59,659 bases of DNA from NCBI GenBank assembly GCA_025057415.1, contig JANWXI010000003.1, positions 1 through 59,659 of the forward strand, in the 5' to 3' direction. This DNA comes from Chitinophagales bacterium (GTDB lineage: Bacteria; Bacteroidota; Bacteroidia; Chitinophagales; LD1). The position numbers and the translations under genes were made by a program. The notes below the pieces were generated by a model. That model did not search any database. It saw nothing but the letters and a program-made list of their open reading frames with translations, and was not told the DNA's origin. Of the stretch, positions 50,846 through 59,659 are shown in pieces; the stretch's first letter is position 1, and each line of letters opens with the position of its first letter.

Positions 50846-51574
50846 TTATTTGATGATGCCGTTGAGCCGCCCGTAGCGATTGTACTCCTCTACCACGCGT
50901 CGGGTTATTTCGTAATCGGTGCTGTACTTCAGGAATTCGATACTGATTTCGCTAAAACGGATAAAATCTTCGTAATAGGATTCGGGCAGGTCTATCAGTT
51001 GATTTTCGTTGAAGTAATCCAGCAATTCGCGCATAATTTTGCGGCGGTCGTCTTCCACGATTTGTTGTTTGAGTTTCTCGCGTTCGCGGGCGCGGCGCGA
51101 AAACATATCATAGAGGGCGCTGATGGGGCTGGTAAACGGCTCTATGACAGGTCGTTCCAGTTCTTCGGGTGTTTTGCCGAGTTCTCTGCGCTCGCGCTCT
51201 ATCTGTTCGAGGGTTTTGGGGGCTTTGATAATAACGGCCTGCCCTATACCGGTTTGCAGCGGCTCTATCCCCAAAACCAGATTGTAAGTTTGTTGCGGAG
51301 CGGAGTCGGCTACCGAAAAACGCAGCGTGCGGTATGCAGGATAAAACAGAAACAACGTATCTGTGCGCAGAGCACGGATGGTGAATTTACCCGAAATATC
51401 TGTAACCGTGGTCTGCCCCCAGGCAGAATGAATAACGCTCACTCCGGCTAATGGCCTGTTAAGGTACAAATCATAAACGGTACCTCGTATGATGACCGTA
51501 TCTTTGGATATGGCATGAGTTATTTTTGTCGTTATGACTGCGAATATGAAACACAACAACTTTACGCGCGTCAT
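50846..51574 (-). CDS. Carboxypeptidase-regulatory-like domain secreted protein
   Basis: Signal peptide; IRGTVYD..PLAGVSV..TVTDISGKFTI; SPISALYD motif. Confidence 0.7.
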   Translation of the reverse strand: MTRVKLLCFIFAVITTKITHAISKDTVIIRGTVYDLYLNRPLAGVSVIHSAWGQTTVTDISGKFTIRALRTDTLFLFYPAYRTLRFSVADSAPQQTYNLVLGIEPLQTGIGQAVIIKAPKTLEQIERERRELGKTPEELERPVIEPFTSPISALYDMFSRRAREREKLKQQIVEDDRRKIMRELLDYFNENQLIDLPESYYEDFIRFSEISIEFLKYSTDYEITRRVVEEYNRYGRLNGIIK

Positions 51575-51577
51575 GGG

Positions 51578-52657
51578 TTAAGCTTTTACGGTTACGCGCG
51601 GATCGAGCAGCGAATAAAGAATATCGGTGAAGATATTCATCACCACAAAAACAAATGCTACAAACAACACACAGCCCATCACAACCGGAAAATCAAACAT
51701 TTTCAGGGCATTGATGGTGAGCGTGCCGAGGCCGTCATACGTAAATACACTTTCAATGAGCACAGCGCCGGTTAAGAGCGCCGCCAACCAACCTGAGATA
51801 GACGTGACCACCGGGTTAAGCGCGTTGCGGAGTGCATGTTTGAAAATGACGGTGAAATGGCTCAGCCCTTTGGCTTTGGCAGTGCGTATGTAATCCTGAT
51901 GCAGGGCATCTAGCACACTGCTGCGCGTAAGTTGAGTGATGATGGAAACCGGACGGACACCCAGCGCCAGCGCGGGGAGAATGAGGTTTTTCCATACGAT
52001 TACTTCTCCTTCCATGTCGAGCGTAGTAAGGGAGCCGGCTACACCCAGCCCGGTGTAGTCAGCGAGATAATACCCGAATACCATGGCGATGATAAGCCCG
52101 GATATCTGTGCGGGCTGCGAAATGCCGAGCGTTGAGAGTACAAGAATGGCGTTGTCCCAGACGCTGTATTGTTTTACGGCGGCTATAGTGCCAAGCACAA
52201 TACCTAGCGCAGAGGCAAACAGCATAGCAGAAAGCGCCAGCATGGCGGTGGGGAAAATTTTTTCACCAATTAACACGCTTACGGGTCTTCTGTTTTGAAA
52301 AGATTTGCCAAGATACGGAGCTTTGAGCACAAGGGTGAGGGAGCCGATATGCAACAGGGGAATATATTTTACTTCATCCGGCTCTAAATACGAAGGTGAG
52401 TCCTGATCCTGCAGGCGGTGAAGCGAAAGGGGCAGCAAATCATTGATGTACAGCATCAAACGGCGGGCAGCAGGCAAATGCAGGCGAAATTCTTTTTCAA
52501 TGGCTTGCACAGACGCCACATCGGCACGCTGCCCCAACGTGAGCCGAGCAGAGTTCACGGGCATGATGTTGAACAAAAAAAATATAACGAGTATGACGCC
52601 AAACATAACGGTGATACCCGAAAGCAATCGCGATGCTATGTATTTGAGCAATTCCAC
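51578..52657 (-). CDS. ABC transporter permease (DppB/OppB type)
   Basis: EAA-like loop DYIRTAKAKGL..HALRNAL, and D.PVVMG. Confidence 0.9.
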   Translation of the reverse strand: MELLKYIASRLLSGITVMFGVILVIFFLFNIMPVNSARLTLGQRADVASVQAIEKEFRLHLPAARRLMLYINDLLPLSLHRLQDQDSPSYLEPDEVKYIPLLHIGSLTLVLKAPYLGKSFQNRRPVSVLIGEKIFPTAMLALSAMLFASALGIVLGTIAAVKQYSVWDNAILVLSTLGISQPAQISGLIIAMVFGYYLADYTGLGVAGSLTTLDMEGEVIVWKNLILPALALGVRPVSIITQLTRSSVLDALHQDYIRTAKAKGLSHFTVIFKHALRNALNPVVTSISGWLAALLTGAVLIESVFTYDGLGTLTINALKMFDFPVVMGCVLFVAFVFVVMNIFTDILYSLLDPRVTVKA

Positions 52658-52669
52658 GCACGTTTATAA

Positions 52670-54082
52670 TTACTGTTGTGTAAAATACAGCTTGCGCAAT
52701 TCATCGGATGTAGGCAGGTGGCGATGGTGCCATTTGTTAACCACCACTCCTTTGCGTAGCAACACGAGGCCGGGATTGGAGCGGATGATTGTCTTAAGCG
52801 GAGTTTCATCCGCATAGAGAAACGGGTAGTCAGCTCCTATGCGTTTGCGAAAATCTTCTATGTTACCTTCGTTGCGCACAATGGCATAGAATGATGCTCC
52901 CGACTTACGCGCCGTAGCTGCCAGTTCGCGCAGTTGTTCAAAAGCCGAAAGATTTGCTTTGCCGACGTCGGGCGATATCACCCAAAACGAATATCCGGGT
53001 TCTGCCAAAAGCGAATCGGTAACGTTTACACCTTCTTCGTTTTCAATAAAGAGGTTGTTGATTTTAGCCGGTATGCCGGGGTCTTTCACCACATCTTTGC
53101 GATCTACAAATTCCCACTCATCGCTATTGATACTGCTCAGTTCGTTCATGGCGAATGAGCGCATCTCTCCTGTTTTTTTGTTTTTATAGATGAAGGTCAT
53201 TTCTATCACGGCGGGTTTTACTTCTTTACGCAACGCCGCGATATCGTTGCCTATTTTGTACGGACGGAAATCAATGGATGGCTCGTTTCCGTACACATGA
53301 TACAGGCACACGGCTAATGCTGCAACCCCTGTCACTACTGCAGTAAGGGTTTGCCGTAAGCCGGTGAGAACCGGTTTTATTTCCTTATAACCCAATACAA
53401 GCGCCAGAATGAGCACATCCAGAAATACATCTTTGTAAAAAGTTTCCCAGGGTTTTAGTTTAATAAAGTCGCCAAAGCATCCACAATCGGTCACTTTCAT
53501 TTTTGTATCGGTAAAGGCACAACCAAACGAAGGGCTGCGAAACCACAAAAACAATCCTGCTACAAAGAGGAGCCCTCCCAGCAATACCAGGTTGCGCACA
53601 TTGGCGCGCCCGATGAGCGGCACAGCGCCCAACACAACCATAGCCGCTACCGACAGCGCCACAAAAAGTGAAGAAATGCAATAACCCGAGAGATAAGTGT
53701 ATCCGGTAAGCAAGGTGAAAAATAAAGTCAACCACCAGATAATCGTTACGGTAAAGCGCGGCATCCAGCCGATGATGAGCATAAAACCGAAAAATAATTC
53801 AGCGGCAATCATCAGAATACTCATAGGAGTGCTCCAGGTGGCGAGATATTCCCAAACCGGGCACAAACCTTCTTCAGCAAATTTTTCAAAGTACTCGTGC
53901 ATTTTGTACGATGTACCCAGCGGGTCAATGGCTTTCACAAATCCGGAAAAGATAAACAACGCGCCTGTGAAGTTTTGCAGATAGCATATTAAAACGTTTG
54001 AAGGCCGGGCAAACCGGTAGCGAAGCAGGGTGAGCAGCAGGGCAGCTATGCCTACGTAAGTGAAGATGGTGTACACAGTCAT
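52670..54082 (-). CDS. DoxX/MauE-like membrane protein (BT_3928 family)
   Basis: FSGFVKAIDPLG, VTDCGCFGD, DFRPYKIG, KTIIRSNPG. Confidence 0.85.
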   Translation of the reverse strand: MTVYTIFTYVGIAALLLTLLRYRFARPSNVLICYLQNFTGALFIFSGFVKAIDPLGTSYKMHEYFEKFAEEGLCPVWEYLATWSTPMSILMIAAELFFGFMLIIGWMPRFTVTIIWWLTLFFTLLTGYTYLSGYCISSLFVALSVAAMVVLGAVPLIGRANVRNLVLLGGLLFVAGLFLWFRSPSFGCAFTDTKMKVTDCGCFGDFIKLKPWETFYKDVFLDVLILALVLGYKEIKPVLTGLRQTLTAVVTGVAALAVCLYHVYGNEPSIDFRPYKIGNDIAALRKEVKPAVIEMTFIYKNKKTGEMRSFAMNELSSINSDEWEFVDRKDVVKDPGIPAKINNLFIENEEGVNVTDSLLAEPGYSFWVISPDVGKANLSAFEQLRELAATARKSGASFYAIVRNEGNIEDFRKRIGADYPFLYADETPLKTIIRSNPGLVLLRKGVVVNKWHHRHLPTSDELRKLYFTQQ

Positions 54083-54117
54083 ACCTGATAATGTTTAATG
54101 TTTAACCGATTAAAACA

Positions 54118-54663
54118 TTATTTTTTTTCGTTAAGTTTAATAAGGGCAAAAACAGCATAGTTGACGATGTCGCGGTATCCGGCATCAATGCCTTCGCTGA
54201 TAAGCGTATGGCCGGCGTTGTCTTCTATTTGTTTAATACGCATGAGCTTCATTAGTATAAGGTCGGCAAATGAGCTTACGCGCATATCGCGCCATGCCTC
54301 ACCATAGTCGTGGTTTTTGGCGAGCAACAGTTGCCGGATGTCAGCTACCTCGCGGTTGTACAATGTTAATGCTTCTTCCGGGGTAAGTTCCAGATGATTA
54401 TCATCTTTTAACTTTAATTGTATGAGGCCGATGATGGCGTAATTGACAATGCCGATGTATTCAGTGCGTTCGTCTTCATTTACCATACGTTGCTGCGCAC
54501 GGGATATAGTTTGGATGCGGCGGGCTTTGATGAAGAGTTGGTCGGTAACGGCTTGCGGACGGAGCACGCGCCACGCGGTGCCGTAGTCGTAAGTTTTTTT
54601 GGCAAAAATATCGCGGCAGATGCTTATCTGCTCGTCAAACTGTTCAATAGTACTACTGCCCAC
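54118..54663 (-). CDS. DUF1599 domain protein
   Basis: Duplicated KxxDYGxAWR motif. Likely GTG start at 54663, 5 nt after TATATTCG. Confidence 0.88.
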   Translation of the reverse strand: MGSSTIEQFDEQISICRDIFAKKTYDYGTAWRVLRPQAVTDQLFIKARRIQTISRAQQRMVNEDERTEYIGIVNYAIIGLIQLKLKDDNHLELTPEEALTLYNREVADIRQLLLAKNHDYGEAWRDMRVSSFADLILMKLMRIKQIEDNAGHTLISEGIDAGYRDIVNYAVFALIKLNEKK

Positions 54664-54704
54664 AGAGGCGAATATAGCAAGGCGCGCGATACATGCCTTT
54701 TCAA

Positions 54705-55787
54705 TCAACAACGGCTCAGGCGATGACGTAACAGCGCATCGGCTATTACGATAGCGCTCATAGCTTCTACTACCGGCACAGCTCGCGGCAATACACAAGG
54801 GTCGTGGCGGCCGCTCATCGTTATACTCACCGGCTCGCCTTGTTGGTTGATGGTTTGCTGGGTTTGTTTTATCGTAGCCACGGGCTTAAACGCCACATTG
54901 AAATAAATATCCATTCCGTTGCTGATACCGCCCTGAACGCCGCCGGAGTGATTGGTGCGCGTAATGACCTCACGGCCGACACCGGTTGCGAAAGCATCGT
55001 TGTGTTCACTGCCGGGGTGTATAGTACCGGCAAAACCGCTTCCGTACTCAAAACCGTGCACGGCATTGATGCTTAGCATAGCCCTGCCCAGTTCGGCATG
55101 TAGCTTGGCATAGACGGGTTCACCCAAGCCGGGCGGGCAACCTTTAATCACGCCGGTGATGATGCCGCCAATGGTGTCGCCTGCGTCGCGCATCTTCTCA
55201 ATTAACTGCTGCATCTGCAGAGCGGTTTCACCATGCGGACAACGCACCGGATGCGCGTAAATTTCGCGCAAAGGAAGCTCGGTGTAGGGCAACGGACATT
55301 TCACCGCCCCTACGGCAGATACATAAGCAAATATTTGTATATTAAATTTGTTTAATAATAGTTGAGCTACGGCTCCGGCAGCTACGCGGGCAGCGGTTTC
55401 GCGCGCGCTGGCGCGCCCTCCGCCGCGATAATCGCGCAATCCATACTTAACCTCATACGTATAATCGGCATGGGAAGGGCGATATGCGGTTTTCAAATTC
55501 TCGTAATCGGCACTGCGCGCATCCGTATTGCGGATAAACATGGCGATTGGCGCTCCGGTGGTTTTCCCTTCAAAAACGCCGGAGAGAATTTCCACTTCGT
55601 CTGCCTCTTGCCGGGCTGTGGTAAGCGCGCTCTGTCCGGGCCTGCGTTTCTGCATCTGCCGGTTGATGAAGTCGCGGTCAAACTCAAGCCCGGCAGGGCA
55701 ACCGTCAATCACTACCCCAATGCCGGGTCCGTGGCTCTCGCCAAAAGTGGTGATGCGGAATATCTCTCCGAAACTGTTGCTCGCCAT
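54705..55787 (-). CDS. aroC: Chorismate synthase
   Basis: [36 protein letters not shown]. Confidence 0.97.
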   Translation of the reverse strand: MASNSFGEIFRITTFGESHGPGIGVVIDGCPAGLEFDRDFINRQMQKRRPGQSALTTARQEADEVEILSGVFEGKTTGAPIAMFIRNTDARSADYENLKTAYRPSHADYTYEVKYGLRDYRGGGRASARETAARVAAGAVAQLLLNKFNIQIFAYVSAVGAVKCPLPYTELPLREIYAHPVRCPHGETALQMQQLIEKMRDAGDTIGGIITGVIKGCPPGLGEPVYAKLHAELGRAMLSINAVHGFEYGSGFAGTIHPGSEHNDAFATGVGREVITRTNHSGGVQGGISNGMDIYFNVAFKPVATIKQTQQTINQQGEPVSITMSGRHDPCVLPRAVPVVEAMSAIVIADALLRHRLSRC

Positions 55788-56094
55788 GCGGCTAAATTAG
55801 GTAAAGCAATGACTTGAGCGATTTATTTGGAAGTAAAACAACCATACCTTATGAGTGAGTAAACGCTAAACACATTCATCGCTATGTGACCCGGAATAAT
55901 TGAATAGAACCTGCGAAAAAAATCTTTCAGATTATCCGCAAGCATTTTTGTAACATGAATGTATCAAGTTCCTTGCCGTATGGATGTTTGAACGCTCCCA
56001 ATTCCGGATGCTCACATTTAACAACTCTGCTTTAATTATGGCAACATATAATGGTAACAGTTTTTGTTTGTTACGTTTGCGGCCCTACCGATAA

Positions 56095-56548
56095 AATGCA
56101 CTCAAAACGATTTTTATTTGCGCGTGAGATGCACTTCACGACTTTTTCCCTTTCCAACGGCCTCACCATTCCGATGGTGATATCTTTGTGGTTATGTGCC
56201 TGTGAACCGAGCCAAAAGCAGTCACCTACAGCAAGACCTGCCACCGAAGAAACAGCGAAGGCAGACAGCCAACCTGCCGGGGAATTGCCCCTCACGCTCA
56301 CCAGGCATGCCCGGTGCCGTATGGATTGCAGAAACATCTCTGAAGAAGAGATACGCTACGTACTTGCTCGTGGTAAGGTAAACGCACGCAAAAGTGACCC
56401 TGCCAAAAAGCCCTGCCCCGTTTACGCTTACGAAGCCCGCACCCCCGACCGCCAACTGGTGCGCGTGGTGGTGGCACAATGCGAAACCGAGCAGCGCGTC
56501 ATCACCTGCATTGATTTAGAGAACGAATACGATTGCGCCTGCTACTGA
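56095..56548 (+). CDS. DUF4258 domain protein, possible lipoprotein
   Basis: TRHARCRMDCRNISEEEI..V; possible lipobox LCAC. Start uncertain (56051-56173). Confidence 0.7.
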
Positions 56549-56626
56549 GTATTATTCATCTACCTCGTCAAAACTGAGCAGGATTAGCGTATATGTCACT
56601 CATCCGAATTGATACTTTTGCCCGTC

Positions 56627-57880
56627 TTGAAAAACCGGAGTGCCATATATCTGTTGCTGCTGGCTAACACCATTACCGGTGTAGCGCAAGGTGTGGCAAT
56701 GCTGGCGGTGCCGTGGTACTTTACAGGCATCATTCACCGTTCCGCTCTTTTTGGCAAAATTTACTTTACTGTTACCTGCATATCGCTCGTGTGGGGGATG
56801 TACGCCGGCGCGCTAATTGACCGCTACGACCGCAGAAAAATTTTTCTGTTCACCAACCTGTTTGGTTTTGCAGTAAGCAGTATCGTATCGCTTGTGGGTT
56901 TTGTAGCTGACGGGTTGCACTGGGCATGGCCGGCGCTGGTATTTGCCTCTACGGCATTTATATACAACATTCATTTCCCGAACCTTTATGCGTATGCACA
57001 GGAAATTACCGATAAGCACGACTATGCCCGTGTCACATCACTGTTAGAAATTCAGGGGCAGATTGCTTTCACCATATCCGGCGGCTTAGCCGCTCTGTTG
57101 TTGCACGGTTACCGGGGAGAGATGCACCTTCCGCTCACCCGATACCCGATTGAGATTTATTTGCCGGCTTGGAAAATTCACGAAATTTTTTCGCTCGGCA
57201 TCGCAGCATACATGATCACATTGGTGTTGATATGGCGCATACGCGCGCTACCCGCCGGAGAGCGGAAAACAGACACAGGGCGCCTGCGCCATCGCCTTGC
57301 TGCCGGTATCGGCTACCTGCGCAGCCACGTGGCGATGTTACACTTCGGCAACGCTTCGCTGCTCGTGTTTCTTACCATTTTGGTGTTCGGCACATACGTA
57401 TCTACCCTGTATGTCAACGACTACCTTCGTATGGGGGGAGATGTGTATGCCCTGAGCGATATGGCCTTTTCAGCAGGCGCGCTGCTGGCAGGAATTATCA
57501 CCACTCGCATATTTAAAGAGAAGGATGCTGTGCGGGGCATCATTGCGCTCAGTGCGTTGAGCGGCATCATGTACCTCACGATGCTGACCCACCACTCAGC
57601 AAGAATGTTTTATGCTGCTAATTTTGTGATTGGCTCCTGCAATGCCTCCATCAGAATACAGCGGGTTACGTACATGTTTCACCACGTGCCAAATCACATC
57701 ATCGGCCGTACCGGCAGTATTTTTTTCATGCTCAATGTGTTTTTGCGCCTGTGCCTGATCGGATTTTTATCGCAGCCGTTTTTTCATCGCGATACCAACG
57801 TGGTATATGCCGTGTGCATTATGGCAGTGATATGCTTTGCGGGAGCGCTTATATTGTGGTGGATACGCGAAGAGCTGTAA
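56627..57880 (+). CDS. MFS transporter
   Basis: About 12 TM segments and motif A (GALIDRYDRR). TTG start 6 nt after TACTTTTG. Confidence 0.88.
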   Translation: MKNRSAIYLLLLANTITGVAQGVAMLAVPWYFTGIIHRSALFGKIYFTVTCISLVWGMYAGALIDRYDRRKIFLFTNLFGFAVSSIVSLVGFVADGLHWAWPALVFASTAFIYNIHFPNLYAYAQEITDKHDYARVTSLLEIQGQIAFTISGGLAALLLHGYRGEMHLPLTRYPIEIYLPAWKIHEIFSLGIAAYMITLVLIWRIRALPAGERKTDTGRLRHRLAAGIGYLRSHVAMLHFGNASLLVFLTILVFGTYVSTLYVNDYLRMGGDVYALSDMAFSAGALLAGIITTRIFKEKDAVRGIIALSALSGIMYLTMLTHHSARMFYAANFVIGSCNASIRIQRVTYMFHHVPNHIIGRTGSIFFMLNVFLRLCLIGFLSQPFFHRDTNVVYAVCIMAVICFAGALILWWIREEL

Positions 57881-58079
57881 AATGGCAGACAATCCGGCGC
57901 CGGCTCATACGTAAATTTTTCCCGGTTACATCTGCTGCGCAAGAGACACAGTTTCGTACGGGTTATTCATAACGCTTACAGGCATCGCGCCTTGCGCCAT
58001 TGGGCAAGGACAGTTTCCATAATGCACGGGTATTTTATCAGCATTGTGTATAATTATTTGACAGGTGGCACACTTAGAA

Positions 58080-58111
58080 TTTGTGCCACGCGGTGAAAGA
58101 TTTCATATTTG
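58080..58111 (+). promoter_or_regulatory. Bacteroidota -33/-7 promoter (TTTG-20 nt-CATATTTG)
   Basis: Consensus spacing; 7 nt before the carA ATG. Confidence 0.45.
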
Positions 58112-58118
58112 CACTTTC

Positions 58119-59240
58119 ATGAGCCGTACCTTTACTCCTTCGCCCGCTGTGTTGCTTCTGGCAGACGGCACCGTGTTTTACGGTAAATCGGTTGGGAAAA
58201 TCGGCACTACTGCCGGTGAAATTTGTTTCAATACCTCCATGACCGGTTATCAGGAAATATTCACTGACCCGAGTTACTACGGGCAAATTATCATCATGAC
58301 CAATGTGCATACCGGCAATTACGGAGCACACCACAGCGAAGTGGAGTCGGACACGGTGAAAATTTCCGGACTGATTACGAAACGCTACACCGCCCACGCC
58401 CATTCGCGGCAAACCGCCACTGAAACGCTGCAGGAATATTTTGAGCGAAACGGATTAGTTGGTATCAGCGATGTTGATACGCGCGCGCTGACCCTGCACG
58501 TGCGCACCCGTGGCGCCATGAACTGCATCATCAGCTCTGAAACAACCGACATAGCTACGTTGCGGGAGAAACTTGCCCAGGTGCCCGACATGAACGGACT
58601 CGACCTGGCTATCAGCGTCACCACACCAAAACCTTACGCTTATGGTAACGACAGCAACCCGCTTAAAGTAGCTGTACTCGACTGCGGTGTTAAAGAGAGC
58701 ATCCTGAAATGCCTGACGGAGCGGGGCGTGTATGCGCGCGTGTTTCCGGCTAATACCACTTTTGAAGAGATGGAAAAATTTGAACCGCACGGATATTTTA
58801 TCTCGAACGGCCCGGGCGACCCCGCCTCTATGACGTATGCTATTCAAGCCGTCAGGAAAATACTGGATAGCGGTAAACCGGTTTTTGGTATTTGCCTGGG
58901 GCATCAACTGCTGGCTCTTGCCTGTGGCGTATCTACGCGCAAGATGCACCACGGCCACCGGGGCGCCAATCACCCGGTTAAAAACCTGCTCACAGGTCTC
59001 TGCGAAATCACCTCCCAAAATCACGGATTTGAAGTATCACTGGAAGAGCTACAAAAATCAGATACTGTGGAGCTGACACATATAAACCTGAACGATGGCA
59101 CCGTAGAGGGCATCCGCATCAAAGGGCGTAAGGCATTCAGTGTACAGTATCACCCGGAGAGTTCTCCGGGTCCCCACGATTCGCGCTACCTGTTTGACCG
59201 CTTTGTTGAGTATATGCAGGGAGGGTTAGCTGCGCGTTGA
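58119..59240 (+). CDS. carA: Carbamoyl-phosphate synthase small subunit
   Basis: GEICFNTSMTGYQE, SNGPGDP, GICLGHQ, QYHPE. Confidence 0.96.
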   Translation: MSRTFTPSPAVLLLADGTVFYGKSVGKIGTTAGEICFNTSMTGYQEIFTDPSYYGQIIIMTNVHTGNYGAHHSEVESDTVKISGLITKRYTAHAHSRQTATETLQEYFERNGLVGISDVDTRALTLHVRTRGAMNCIISSETTDIATLREKLAQVPDMNGLDLAISVTTPKPYAYGNDSNPLKVAVLDCGVKESILKCLTERGVYARVFPANTTFEEMEKFEPHGYFISNGPGDPASMTYAIQAVRKILDSGKPVFGICLGHQLLALACGVSTRKMHHGHRGANHPVKNLLTGLCEITSQNHGFEVSLEELQKSDTVELTHINLNDGTVEGIRIKGRKAFSVQYHPESSPGPHDSRYLFDRFVEYMQGGLAAR

Positions 59241-59596
59241 TTTGTATCCCACCAAAATTTTCAGCGTTAATTTTTACTCCTACAAATCATCCGCAGTATG
59301 CTTCGGCTCTAGTTTGCCGATGTAACTGACAGAGGGTGGAGCGTGATTTTTATTACAAAATATGATGTAGCGCTACCACATACAAGCAGGCGCGCCACAA
59401 AACACACCTGCCCGATGAAAAAGTTCCTGATGTGAAACAGCGCTATATTCAATTTTGAAGTAGTCGTTTAGTTACCCCGGTGAAATTTCAATTCATGATA
59501 TGTTCTGATTATTTGGGATGAGTTTCTGTGATGAGAAAGTATTGAGGCGTTAGAATAAAAGTTTGTGGTTAGGAATTTATGGGAATGTGGTTTTAT

Positions 59597-59638
59597 GCGG
59601 GTCGCCCGCCGAAAAGCGGGCGACCCGCGAGGTTGTGT
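59597..59638. repeat. GC-rich hairpin + AGGTTGTGT tail (related to 42160)
   Basis: GCGGGTCGCCCGC-CGAAAA-GCGGGCGACCCGC then GAGGTTGTGT. Confidence 0.75.
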
Positions 59639-59659
59639 TGAAATTATGTGATTTTACAT

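Noticed and set aside
50783-51451. 222-aa plus-strand ORF
   Set aside because: Antisense to a signal-peptide gene that fits the minus-strand operon.
54664-54798. N-terminal extensions in the ORF track (DUF1599, rlmN, ALDH, carA and others)
   Set aside because: They overlap upstream genes or promoter boxes and lack family-like sequence.
58119-59240. carA without adjacent carB
   Set aside because: Separate carA and carB loci are common in Bacteroidota.
1-59659. CRISPR array, rRNA, tRNA, prophage, reverse transcriptase/DGR, intact transposase
   Set aside because: No regularly spaced direct repeats or diagnostic motifs seen by eye. The repeats are dispersed single copies.

Overview
This is about 60 kb of a Bacteroidota chromosome, roughly 50% GC and Chitinophagales-like by gene content. 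The phylum call rests on T9SS substrates, PorP/PorE-like genes and TAnnTTTG-type promoters. Most of it is housekeeping and envelope genes: rlmN, ALDH7, adk, obgE, lptE, a SurA-type PPIase cluster, xth, an rRNA pseudouridine synthase, mfd, uvrA, dsbD, an exosortase, trxB, aroC and carA, plus four large T9SS cargo genes. I saw no rRNA, tRNA, CRISPR array or intact transposase. Four non-routine signals stand out. (1) A decayed integron-like island at ~10226-12300 has an integrase pseudogene, an attI-like GTT site, one AT-rich YiiX cassette and an unusually long ~278 bp attC-like inverted repeat. (2) Five copies of a 140-165 bp GC-rich structured intergenic element (possibly Flavo-1-like) show covariation, a loop inversion and a stereotyped position upstream of genes. 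(3) A collagen plus phage-tail-fibre-needle gene is bracketed by two inverted copies of that element. (4) Many genes have a -7 promoter box only 4-7 nt before the start codon, suggesting leaderless mRNAs. All product calls come from motif recognition by eye, not database searches.
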